Of a stretch of DNA of 64,000 nucleotides, positions 9,763 through 19,062 are shown in pieces. Positions within the stretch are counted from its first letter, which is position 1; every line of letters starts with the position of its first letter. The notes under the pieces are model-generated. The model was not told where the DNA came from. It saw nothing but the letters and a program-made list of their open reading frames with translations, and ran no database searches. The stretch covers positions 23,663 through 87,662 of the IMG/VR virus record IMGVR_UViG_3300049893_000773; one strand, 5' to 3'. The translations under genes were made by a program, and so were the position numbers. The stretch comes from a virus.

Positions 9763-10416
9763 ATGACAATGACAGAGACGGTGAATACCCCATACAGGAC
9801 AGCTTCCGCGCTGCCCAACAACCAACAAACGGAGACCAATAAGCGGTTTTGGTCCCGTACCCCCGGCAGGTTCGTCAACAAGTGGACCGGGCAGGATAGC
9901 ATGGCAAACGCTGGACTGAGCAACGGTCCAATGTACGTTGGAAATGTCCGTGAGTGGTACGAGACGTTTGTGGAAACGATTCACGATGCTGCTGCGGTTA
10001 TCAAGAAGCGTTCTGGCCAGGACCCCAACATCCTTGAGGTCTCCCCCGACATCTTGACCATTCTTGAGTGCACCGTGTCGTATAGATCAGTCTATTACGC
10101 AAATGAGGACCAGCCAAGGGTCACCATGAAGGGTGCAATTGGAGGGCTTGTTGGGCAAGTGGCTGGCAGGTACCATGTGCACGTCAACCCCGACTTCCCT
10201 GCGGATACAGCGAAGCTCGTGCTCGTGACCGACCAGAGAGTTTTGACGGAGACCGTGAAGGCACAGCCGCTTCAGGCCATGATTGATGGGAAGCCGGTGC
10301 CAAGCTACGTGGAAGATGAGTGGACCACAACTCAGGTTCGCAAGACTGAACCGCTTCCTTCCATCACCCGCCTTGATGGTATGACGATCAAGGTTCTCGA
10401 CATGAATATTCTGTGA
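9763..10416 (+). CDS. Truncated MCP paralog 2 (A-domain-like part)
   Basis: FWSRTPGRFVNKWTGQ, GNVREWYETFVETIHDAA, SPDI, GRYHVHVNPDFP and IKVLDMNIL align with the MCP. Confidence 0.85.
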   Translation: MTMTETVNTPYRTASALPNNQQTETNKRFWSRTPGRFVNKWTGQDSMANAGLSNGPMYVGNVREWYETFVETIHDAAAVIKKRSGQDPNILEVSPDILTILECTVSYRSVYYANEDQPRVTMKGAIGGLVGQVAGRYHVHVNPDFPADTAKLVLVTDQRVLTETVKAQPLQAMIDGKPVPSYVEDEWTTTQVRKTEPLPSITRLDGMTIKVLDMNIL

Positions 10417-10453
10417 AACGGAGTTAAGTCGTAAATCGCTCGTATTTACGGCT

Positions 10454-11521
10454 ATGGACCTTCGTTTCCGAGAAGAATGCTACGGCCACAGTGGTGGTCA
10501 AACCGATTGCTCTCTATACGCCCTTCTAGGCGACGAAGTGATCGGGAAGGTAGATATCGCCTACCACCGAAATGGTGGCCGTAGAGAGGCGTATATCAAG
10601 ATGATCGAAGTGCAGCCTAATTTCCAGGGGAAAGGGGTTGGCAAGGCTTTGATCTATAAGTTGGCCAGTCAAATCCCTTACGAGGCGATTGATTGGGGGA
10701 TGACCACGCCTGAAGGTGGGGCATTGAAGCAGGCAATGGACCGGGAGTTTGGAACATCCTACGTTCCACCTGAGCCCGAGCCAGACATGGATGACCCCAA
10801 GTACGCTGACGACCTCAGTGGCGAAAGGTATTTTGCCGACCTAAAGGTTTGGCGGCAAAAGCAAGGGTACGTGGATGAGGCTAATTACCACGGAAAGGGA
10901 ATGGAAAGAATGAAAGTCAAGGACCTCAAGAAGCTGGTTGCCGAGAGTGTAGCCGCTGCTGTGAAAGAAGCCGGATATGACCAGTACGGGGAGGGTGTGT
11001 CGCAACCTACGGAGCCAAGCTGGTTCGACACGCTGATGGCCCCTGATGAGCCTGCACCTGAACTCAAGGGCACGCCAGAAGCCAGGAAGCTGGTTGATGC
11101 GGCCAAATTGATGTTGAAGAAGGCTGGTCCAAAGATTGACAAGGAAGTCATGAGCCAAGTCTCTGCTGAGTTGGAGCACAACTTCAACCTCCCAGACGGG
11201 GTAAGCTGGGAAGTGGTCCATGCTGCCTTTGAGGAGCTCAAGAGTGACATGCTTTCCGAGGCTCCACCAGAGGGATGGCACGGGACTGTGCGGGCCATGA
11301 AGACCCATGGACACACTGGCAAGGGTGGGGAGATCGACAACCCATACGCCTTGGCACACTACATGGCAAACAAGGGGGATGAGCCTCACTACAAGGAGCA
11401 GCCAACCTCCAAGAAGGGTACTCCTGTGAAGAAGAAGGAGTACATGAAGACGGAAGCCTTCGTTGATTTGGTCCGTCAGATGATCCGCGAGGAGATCCTG
11501 AATCTCCGCAAGGGGAAGTGA
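10454..11521 (+). CDS. GNAT-like acetyltransferase domain fused to a tagged internal-protein module
   Basis: IEVQPNFQGKGVGKALI acetyl-CoA motif A; internal MKVKDLKKLVAESVAAAVKE tag at 10910. Confidence 0.7.
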   Translation: MDLRFREECYGHSGGQTDCSLYALLGDEVIGKVDIAYHRNGGRREAYIKMIEVQPNFQGKGVGKALIYKLASQIPYEAIDWGMTTPEGGALKQAMDREFGTSYVPPEPEPDMDDPKYADDLSGERYFADLKVWRQKQGYVDEANYHGKGMERMKVKDLKKLVAESVAAAVKEAGYDQYGEGVSQPTEPSWFDTLMAPDEPAPELKGTPEARKLVDAAKLMLKKAGPKIDKEVMSQVSAELEHNFNLPDGVSWEVVHAAFEELKSDMLSEAPPEGWHGTVRAMKTHGHTGKGGEIDNPYALAHYMANKGDEPHYKEQPTSKKGTPVKKKEYMKTEAFVDLVRQMIREEILNLRKGK

Positions 11522-11523
11522 CC

Positions 11524-11898
11524 ATGGCAAAGCAGATCATGAGCATTGAAGCGTTCGAGCAGTTGGTGCGGGAGTACATTCAGGAAGCTGTACGAGAGGA
11601 GATGCTCAAGGATCTTGCCAGGGTGCAGGAAGGTACTGCTGGAACACTCTCCACGACCTCTTCTACCTCGACCACTGGGACTTCTGGGACAACTGCGACG
11701 ACTGGTACCAAGTCGAGCATTGGTTCCAATCCTGGCAATGCCGACCCGGCAAACAACGTAATGGTCCCAGGGACAAACATGAACATCAATCAAGGTCTTC
11801 AGGCTGCTGCGAAGGAAACCAACTTCAAGAAGAAGGCCGAACTTGTAAACAAGATGTCCACCCAAATTCAGGGAATGAAGGGCCTCGTTATCAAATAA
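11524..11898 (+). CDS. Thr/Ser-rich putative internal head protein
   Basis: FEQLVREYIQEAVREE tag followed by a low-complexity T/S tract. Confidence 0.6.
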   Translation: MAKQIMSIEAFEQLVREYIQEAVREEMLKDLARVQEGTAGTLSTTSSTSTTGTSGTTATTGTKSSIGSNPGNADPANNVMVPGTNMNINQGLQAAAKETNFKKKAELVNKMSTQIQGMKGLVIK

Positions 11899-11935
11899 TG
11901 TGACGTTTGCCAGCCCTACTTAACGGGTAGATCCC

Positions 11936-13195
11936 ATGGCAACGTTCGCAACCACTCCAAGACCAACTCCGTTTGGGTTCTACGATTCAGATGCGGCATT
12001 CCAGCGGGATGCCGATTCCATGGTGACGTACGTCAAGCGTAAGGTGGGAGAAGACATTCTCTCCACTGAATTGACGAAGAAGGAAATCTGGAACTGCTTC
12101 GAAGAAGCCACTTCCAGGTTCAACGCTTGGGTGATTGAGTATCAGACCAAGAGTAACCTTGCAAGTCTTCTCGGAACTCCTACTGGGTCCTGGGACTCCA
12201 ATACCAACCAGAACACGATCAACCTGACGAACGTCTACGTTGCTCCGAACCTTGAGTTCCTTGATAGGTTGGCCGAGCCCTATGCCAATATCATTGGATT
12301 CGGTGCCACACAGAACTCCTTTTCTGGGTCCATTGACATGGTGGTTGGTAAGCAGGACTATGACCTCTACACCGACCTCAAGGATGAAGCTGGCAATACC
12401 CTTTACAGCATGCTCTCTGGCTCTGGCGGGAAGATGCGTGTTTTCGAGGTGTTCCACTTTGCTCCGATTCAGTACCTCTTCAACTCCTCCTTCGGCACGA
12501 ACTTTGGAAACGTGGCAGGTGTTGGAATTCCACTTGGAGCATTCAACACGGACACGAGGTTCCACATTCTCCCCCTGTACGAGGACGTGCTTCGTTCTGG
12601 ACAGTTGAAGCTGGCCAGCAAGGTAAGAAGGTCCCACTACACCTACAAGATTTCTGGGCGCAATATCCGCTTTTTCCCGGTCCCAAGCTCTGTGATTCCT
12701 GGGATCAACAACAAGGTTTGGATTCGCGTCGGATTCCAAGCTCAGGTGAACGGTGCCTTCATCGACCTTGGCACCAGCGGGTCTATTAGCGGCTCCCAGG
12801 GGCTTGCTGGAGCTTCCGGGTTCTCTGGCATGGCTGCTGGTGCATCCAACCCTGCCAACATCCCATTCGGGCTTGTGAACTACGCCACGCTCAACCACTG
12901 GGCGAAGAACTGGATTGCCAGGATGACCTTTGCTCTCTCTCTGGAGATCATGGGTCGTATTCGTCGTAAGGTGAACCGCATCCCAATCCCAAATGCCGAG
13001 GTGGAACTGGACGGTGGGGCTATCGTCACGGAAGCCAGGGAAGATCAGGCAAAGCTGATTGAGGAACTCAAGGCTCAGCTTGAATCCCTGTCATACGACA
13101 AGCTTCAGGAGATGGAAGCAACCAAGGCAGAGAACCTGATGAAGCAGCTCTCTTTCCTTCCAATGCCTCCAACGCATGCGATCAAGATGTTCTAG
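11936..13195 (+). CDS. Neck / head completion protein (gp13-like)
   Basis: Position after the capsid genes; YVKRKVG..ELT..EIW..FEEA, WIARMTFALSLEIMGRIRRK and LDGGAIVTEARE patterns. Confidence 0.7.
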   Translation: MATFATTPRPTPFGFYDSDAAFQRDADSMVTYVKRKVGEDILSTELTKKEIWNCFEEATSRFNAWVIEYQTKSNLASLLGTPTGSWDSNTNQNTINLTNVYVAPNLEFLDRLAEPYANIIGFGATQNSFSGSIDMVVGKQDYDLYTDLKDEAGNTLYSMLSGSGGKMRVFEVFHFAPIQYLFNSSFGTNFGNVAGVGIPLGAFNTDTRFHILPLYEDVLRSGQLKLASKVRRSHYTYKISGRNIRFFPVPSSVIPGINNKVWIRVGFQAQVNGAFIDLGTSGSISGSQGLAGASGFSGMAAGASNPANIPFGLVNYATLNHWAKNWIARMTFALSLEIMGRIRRKVNRIPIPNAEVELDGGAIVTEAREDQAKLIEELKAQLESLSYDKLQEMEATKAENLMKQLSFLPMPPTHAIKMF

Positions 13196-13268
13196 GGGCT
13201 GCAAAACATCCCCTCTGAACTGTTTGGAATCAAGGTGAAGCGAATGATCAGAAATTTCGGAGGCTTGA

Positions 13269-13931
13269 ATGGCACGGCTGTTTATCACACAACGAGAGAT
13301 CGACTATTTTAACGATATTGCCAAGGAAGTCATCAAGGACATCATTGGGCAGGCGATCATCTATTGGCCGGTGTCTACCCTGAAGACCAAGGTTCACCCC
13401 GTCTACAATGAGGCTGTGAAGAAAAACTTCGAGAACCCGATCAAGGTTGATGCCTTGGTTGGTCAGCCTCAATGGGAGACGAAGATGACGCAATTTGGAC
13501 CTGAGCAGCAAAACACCTTGGAGGTCTTCCTCCAGGCAAGGGATTTGGCTCAGAAGGGTCTAGAGATTGCGGAGGGTGACTTTTTCACCTATGGTGACAA
13601 CGCCTACGAAATCGTATCCAGCGTCAACATGAATAACTACTTTGGTCAGGTGGAGCACGATGTGGCTTTCAAGGTGATTGGAAAGCTGGCACGTCCTGGG
13701 GAGTTCAACCCGCAGAAGTTCTTCAAGCCTGACGCTGAGACGATCATTCCTACTCCAACCCCTTTCGAGCAACAGAGGGGTATTTCTGAAAACACGGAAG
13801 GGCCAACAGGAGATATTCGTGACGTTAAGGAACGTCTTGGCGACGACCTTCCAGCACCCGCACTTGGAGAAGGGCCAAGGCGAGTGGATGTTGATTCGAC
13901 CCTGAGAGCAAATAAGCTGTACGATGAATGA
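13269..13931 (+). CDS. Neck / head closure protein (gp14-like)
   Basis: IIYWPV, VYNEAVKKNF and EGDFFTYGDNAYEI; synteny. Confidence 0.6.
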   Translation: MARLFITQREIDYFNDIAKEVIKDIIGQAIIYWPVSTLKTKVHPVYNEAVKKNFENPIKVDALVGQPQWETKMTQFGPEQQNTLEVFLQARDLAQKGLEIAEGDFFTYGDNAYEIVSSVNMNNYFGQVEHDVAFKVIGKLARPGEFNPQKFFKPDAETIIPTPTPFEQQRGISENTEGPTGDIRDVKERLGDDLPAPALGEGPRRVDVDSTLRANKLYDE

Positions 13932-14622
13932 ACTAAAAGCCGCCTTTCAGTTTTGGCTCCTTGAGAGTAATGACCTTGAGGAAGCCAAGTTCAATCCCGA
14001 CGTTTTGGACAAAATGGACGGGCCTGAGTCCATGCTTTCAGCCGCTCGGGACAGACTTCCAGCACTTGGAGAGGGTTCATCTCGTGCTGCCTTTTTGCTG
14101 GACAGCAAGAGGGTGCTCAAGGTTGCCATCAACAACAAGGGGTTGGCCCAGAACAAGGCCGAGTATGAGCTTTCACAGCATCCTGGGGTGGCTCCTTTGG
14201 TGACAAGGATCTTCCGGGTTGGCAAGGACTACTCGTGGCTCGTTTCCGAACTTGTTCGTCCGCTCAGGACCAACAAGGAGTTTGAGCAGCTTACTCAAGT
14301 GCCTTGGAGCTTCTTCATCTCCTTCCTGAGTTTTTACGAGGGCAATGGAGACATTGGAAAATCCTTCAATCTCGCCGTGAAGTCTCAAATTGATCAGGAC
14401 AGGCGCAAGAAGAGCCCCTTCCCAGGCATCTCTGTGAGAGGGATCGAGCACCTTCCATTCATTGGGCGGTTCATGACCGCTCTTGGGAACCGCCCCGATT
14501 TGATTCCAGCAGACCTGATGAAGCTGGATCACTGGGGGAAGACACCGGATCAGCGTGTGGTCCTGTTGGATTCTGGCTATACCGAAGAAGTGTGGTCCTC
14601 GCACTATTCGGATGAGTCATAA
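13924..14622 (+). CDS. Protein-kinase-like fold protein, paralog A
   Basis: LGEGSSRAAF, VLKVA, QNKAE, DLMKLDHWG and VVLLDSG motifs. Confidence 0.65.
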   Translation: MNELKAAFQFWLLESNDLEEAKFNPDVLDKMDGPESMLSAARDRLPALGEGSSRAAFLLDSKRVLKVAINNKGLAQNKAEYELSQHPGVAPLVTRIFRVGKDYSWLVSELVRPLRTNKEFEQLTQVPWSFFISFLSFYEGNGDIGKSFNLAVKSQIDQDRRKKSPFPGISVRGIEHLPFIGRFMTALGNRPDLIPADLMKLDHWGKTPDQRVVLLDSGYTEEVWSSHYSDES

Positions 14623-14630
14623 TTACCAAT

Positions 14631-15842
14631 ATGGCCGGGAAAAACTCCACACGCTGGAATATCGAGCGAGATCCAAGGAATCCAGTAGATCACCTTCCCA
14701 CTGGATATGAGGGATCAAGCCCAACAGACTACACCATCCCGTCCTGTGACATTGAGGATGTGGATGTGGCTGTCCATACCCTTTTTGACCAAGAAATTGG
14801 ATTCAAGGCTCAGGGTATCAGCGACGGAGAGGAAACTGTTGATCAGCTTTCGAAGCCAATTGTGATCCTGGCCGCAGGTGAAAGGTTTGCTCTTGTCAAG
14901 AAGTTGCGTCCACCAAGAGACAAGCAAAAGCAACTCCTTCTCCCAGCAATTGCCATTCGCCGCAAGTCAATCACCCAAACAGCCGACGACTTGGTTTCCA
15001 GGGGAATGAACCAGTTCACCGGAGACTTGGTGATCAAGCGCAGGCTTGCTTCTGAGGACAGGGACTACCAGAACCTTATCAACAAACTTGCACTGCAAGA
15101 CTTGAACCCAAACGGAGTAACTTCCACCAGGGATCAGGGAGCAAACAGGGCTACTGTTGATGATGAGATTCGAGATGGAGCCTTCTTGGACCCAAAGCTG
15201 GGGGACAACGTGTGGGAGGTCATCACCATCCCACAACCACAGTTCTACACGGCCACCTACGAGGTGACATTCTGGTCTACCCATTCGGTTCACATGAACT
15301 ACATGGTGACAACCCTTTTGGCCGCTCAACTCCCCCAGGGTAAGAACTTTCGACTGAACACCCCAAAGGGATATTGGTTTCTGGCCGAGATATCCGACGA
15401 ATTGAGTTCAGCCGACAATTTTGAGGAGTACAGCGAGGACAAACGTGTGATCCGGTACACCTTCCAGTTGACGGTGAAAGCATTCCTTTTGGCCCCCAAC
15501 GGCCCTGGAATGCCTGTTCCCGTTCGAAGGCACATCTCTGCCGTGGAAATCTCCTTTGAGACAGTCCTGGCCACAGGAAGCGTCCAGGCTCCTAACGGAC
15601 CAAATCTCCCAAGTGAGCAGTACGCCTTGGCTGACATTGGAGAAAGAGTGGAAACGGCACAGACCCCCACCTCCGATCAAAGATTGGTGGTCGAGAAAAC
15701 GGTGGTCAACCCATTTACCGGAAAAACCTCTGTTAAGAGGGCTGTGATCATGGGGCAAAACCAAAAGCAGGGTGAAACAGTGTACAGCGCAACTGGCTTT
15801 GAGAGCTTGGACGAGTTCATTGAAGCATTGCGCGGCAAATGA
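14631..15842 (+). CDS. Tail terminator / sheath stabilizer (gp15-like)
   Basis: IEDVDVAV, GERFA, LLLPAIAIRR, PQFYTATYEVTFW and RYTFQLTVKAFL; immediately upstream of the sheath. Confidence 0.65.
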   Translation: MAGKNSTRWNIERDPRNPVDHLPTGYEGSSPTDYTIPSCDIEDVDVAVHTLFDQEIGFKAQGISDGEETVDQLSKPIVILAAGERFALVKKLRPPRDKQKQLLLPAIAIRRKSITQTADDLVSRGMNQFTGDLVIKRRLASEDRDYQNLINKLALQDLNPNGVTSTRDQGANRATVDDEIRDGAFLDPKLGDNVWEVITIPQPQFYTATYEVTFWSTHSVHMNYMVTTLLAAQLPQGKNFRLNTPKGYWFLAEISDELSSADNFEEYSEDKRVIRYTFQLTVKAFLLAPNGPGMPVPVRRHISAVEISFETVLATGSVQAPNGPNLPSEQYALADIGERVETAQTPTSDQRLVVEKTVVNPFTGKTSVKRAVIMGQNQKQGETVYSATGFESLDEFIEALRGK

Positions 15843-15943
15843 AGCCAGACTCCAAGTCGGAATCGTGGATATTGGACCCTAATTATCGAAGACAATCTGA
15901 ACTGATTGCTGCGTTCCGTGGCAGAAGTTAGACGAGGGACATA

Positions 15944-18900
15944 ATGAGCGACCAAATTTTCAAGAGCCCAGGGTTCTACGACCGTGAAATCGACCTCTCT
16001 GCCAGGACGGTTGAGCCTTCTGGTATTCCGGCTGCAATCGTTGGTACTTCGCAAAAGGGACCAGCTTTCGTGCCTGTCACGATTGGTTCTTTCGCTGACT
16101 TCCAGAGCAAGTTTGGCGACGTAGACCCAAAGTTTCCGGCTCCATATGCAGTGCAGAAGTGGCTTGACAACCGCAACTCGGCAACTTTCATTCGAGTTCT
16201 GGGTGGTGGAGCCAACTCCACCCAGACGGATCTTGACAACACCAGGACCAAGGGTATCGTCAAGAACGCTGGTTTCTCGATCAGTGGTTCGTCGGTGGGT
16301 GCTGGAGACCTTCGCTACAAGGGTTCGACGCAATTCATCGTTGCCAAGCACGTTGTGACGGGAACGGAAGTCTACGGCCTTCCAATGTTCTCGGACAACT
16401 CGTCCTTCTTCACGACTGGTTCATCTACGGACGTGTACTTGGTTCGTGGAATGATCTTCACTGCCTACGATACCCGTGTGATGGTGATGTCTGCCTCGGA
16501 TACCTTCTCTGGGGCTCTGGACGACTTTGCAACGCTCGACTCGGCCTCGACCAGCGTGACCTACAAGAAGTTCAAGCTTGTCCTCTCCTCGTCCTCTGGA
16601 TCGTCTTTCGGAAACACTGACGGGTACGCTGGCGTCAGGATCATGACGGCTTCGCTGAACCCATCGAGCCCTGACTACATCGCCAAGATCCTGAACACGG
16701 ACCCTGAGAAGTTCGAGACGGAGCGTCACGTCCTCTACTGCGACTTTGCAGTGGATGATGAGATCGCTACTGTTTCGTCGGCCTCGAACTGCGTCGGTGT
16801 GGTTTCTGGCTCCTCGAACACCTCGGCAAACTCCGGTGACACCTCCTTGACGCTCAGGGATGCCTTCGGACGTTTCGACACGAGGTTCACGACTCCAAAG
16901 ACGCCTTGGTTCATCTCGCAGCCATTCAGCGCCACGGAGCACAACCTCTTCTACTTCGAATCCCTGGACGATGGTGCCTACGCCAACAACAAGTTCAAGA
17001 TTTCGATCGCTGGTCTGAGAGCATCTTCCGATCCGAAGTACCTCTTCGGAACGTTCACGGTTGTTGTGCGCGACTTCAACGATTCGGACGTGGAGCCAAG
17101 GGTGTTGGAGCAGTTCAACAACGTTTCGCTCGACCCAACCGCAGACAACTACATTGCCAAGGTGATTGGTGATGTCAAGGTGGCCTACTCCTTCGACACC
17201 CTTGATCCAGACGACCGTCGTTTGAACAAGGAAGGTCAGAGCCCAAACCGTTCCAAGTTGATCCGCGTGGTTGTTTCCGATCAGGTGACAAGAGGCACGA
17301 TTCCAGCCAATGCTCTGCCATTCGGCTTCCGTGGATTCGAGTTCCTGAACACCTCCCACACCGGAAACGACGGCTTGCCAGTTGGTGGTATCTCTGGCTC
17401 CTTCATTCGCCTTGCTGCTTCTGGCACAACGGATCACCGTCTTCTCTCTGCAATGATTCCTCCACTCCCATACCGCTTCAAGGTTACGAGGGGTGAGGTT
17501 TCGTCCTCTGCTGGCTTTGAGGGACAACCTGGAGCCAACGAGGTTGTGGACTCCCGCTACTACTGGGGTGTCAAGACGGAGCGTAACGTCAACGTCCTGA
17601 ACCCAAACATCTCGAACGAGCCAAACGCCTTGGTTGCGGCTCTGACGAAGTTCCACGGTATCAGCAAGTTGGATGTCCTTGTGACGGGTTCGAAGACGGA
17701 CACGTACAACGACAACAAGTTCACCCTGGCCCGCGTATGCCTTTCCAACATCACTCTTGCCGACGTTACGGCTTCGGCAGAGACTCACATGAAGGAAGCA
17801 GCTTACATCCGTAACGGAACGGTTGATCCATCGGATTACTCCGTAACGGATACCAACGGTGCTCGTGTGACCTTCGCAACCCTCCTGATGAAGGGTTCCA
17901 CGGCTGCGGTGTTCAACCAGTTCTCGGATTATGCCAAATTCACGACAGTGATGGCAGGCGGATTCGACGGCGTGAACATCCTTGACAAGAATGCCGCTCG
18001 TTTGAACGACAAGGCCACCTCGACAGAGAGTGGCGGTGGAGCAAACAGCAGCTACACGTCCCCAGGATTCTCCACGAACCTCAACGGTTCTGGAAAGAAC
18101 AACGCCTCGATCTTCTCGTACCAAACGGCAGTGAAGATCATCACGGACCCATTGGTTTCGCAGCACAACCTCCTGGCAATCCCAGGAATTCGTGATCCAT
18201 TCGTCACTGACGATGCAGCCACGAAGACAGCGGAACACACCTTGTCCATGTACCTCATGGACATTCCTTACTACGACTACAACGGAACTCGCATCTTCGA
18301 TGGAGATACGAGCCGTTACACAGATTCCGACGAAACGAAGGATGTTTTCGATGCTCGTGCAATCGACAACGACGCAGCAACAACGTACTTCCCTAACTCG
18401 GTAATCGACGACCCAACAAATGGCCGCAAGGTCACCATCCCAGCTTCCGCAGTTGGTTTGGCTGCAATCGGTTACAACGACAGGGTGGCATACCCATGGT
18501 TTGCTCCTGCCGGGTTCAACCGTGCGGCTCTTGGCTTCGTCAACCTGACATCGACGAGGCTCAACCAGCCAGAGCGCGACAACCTGATTGCTGCTCGCAT
18601 CAACCCAATCGTGAAGTTCCCACGTGAGGGTTATGTGATTATGGGTCAAATGACGCTGAAGCAGGGTAAGAGCTCTTTGACCTCGATGAATGTCAAGAGA
18701 ATGGTGCTCGACGCCAAGCGTTCGATTGTTGAAATCGGAAACAGGTTGATGTTCGACAACATCACCCAATCGCTCCGCGACGAGGTTGTGAAGCAATATA
18801 CCGCCGTTCTTTCCAGCATTCAGTCTAAGGGCGGACTCGATGCGTTTGTTGTGATCTGTGACAACAGCAACAACACCCAAGTCGATATCGACTCCAACCA

Positions 18901-18994
18901 GATGAATGTTCAAATTCGTTTGCTTCCAACGCTTTCGGTGGAATTCATCGCAATTGACTTCATCATCACACAGAGCGGCGTTCAGTTCGTCTGA
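15944..18994 (+). CDS. Tail sheath protein 1 (gp18-like)
   Basis: FKSPGFYDREIDLS, KGPAFVPV, PWFAPAGFNR, INPIVKFP, NVKRMV and VEFIAIDFII motifs. Confidence 0.93.
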   Translation: MSDQIFKSPGFYDREIDLSARTVEPSGIPAAIVGTSQKGPAFVPVTIGSFADFQSKFGDVDPKFPAPYAVQKWLDNRNSATFIRVLGGGANSTQTDLDNTRTKGIVKNAGFSISGSSVGAGDLRYKGSTQFIVAKHVVTGTEVYGLPMFSDNSSFFTTGSSTDVYLVRGMIFTAYDTRVMVMSASDTFSGALDDFATLDSASTSVTYKKFKLVLSSSSGSSFGNTDGYAGVRIMTASLNPSSPDYIAKILNTDPEKFETERHVLYCDFAVDDEIATVSSASNCVGVVSGSSNTSANSGDTSLTLRDAFGRFDTRFTTPKTPWFISQPFSATEHNLFYFESLDDGAYANNKFKISIAGLRASSDPKYLFGTFTVVVRDFNDSDVEPRVLEQFNNVSLDPTADNYIAKVIGDVKVAYSFDTLDPDDRRLNKEGQSPNRSKLIRVVVSDQVTRGTIPANALPFGFRGFEFLNTSHTGNDGLPVGGISGSFIRLAASGTTDHRLLSAMIPPLPYRFKVTRGEVSSSAGFEGQPGANEVVDSRYYWGVKTERNVNVLNPNISNEPNALVAALTKFHGISKLDVLVTGSKTDTYNDNKFTLARVCLSNITLADVTASAETHMKEAAYIRNGTVDPSDYSVTDTNGARVTFATLLMKGSTAAVFNQFSDYAKFTTVMAGGFDGVNILDKNAARLNDKATSTESGGGANSSYTSPGFSTNLNGSGKNNASIFSYQTAVKIITDPLVSQHNLLAIPGIRDPFVTDDAATKTAEHTLSMYLMDIPYYDYNGTRIFDGDTSRYTDSDETKDVFDARAIDNDAATTYFPNSVIDDPTNGRKVTIPASAVGLAAIGYNDRVAYPWFAPAGFNRAALGFVNLTSTRLNQPERDNLIAARINPIVKFPREGYVIMGQMTLKQGKSSLTSMNVKRMVLDAKRSIVEIGNRLMFDNITQSLRDEVVKQYTAVLSSIQSKGGLDAFVVICDNSNNTQVDIDSNQMNVQIRLLPTLSVEFIAIDFIITQSGVQFV

Positions 18995-19062
18995 TAAAAC
19001 AGGGGAACCTGAACAGCCCGTACTGGCATACTTACCGAATAGCTGTCTAAGGGAAAAGCATC

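Noticed and set aside
8340-9990. MCP/paralog DNA similarity as a diversity-generating retroelement TR/VR pair
   Set aside because: The identity is short, mismatches are not adenine-specific and no RT is present. Gene duplication explains it better.
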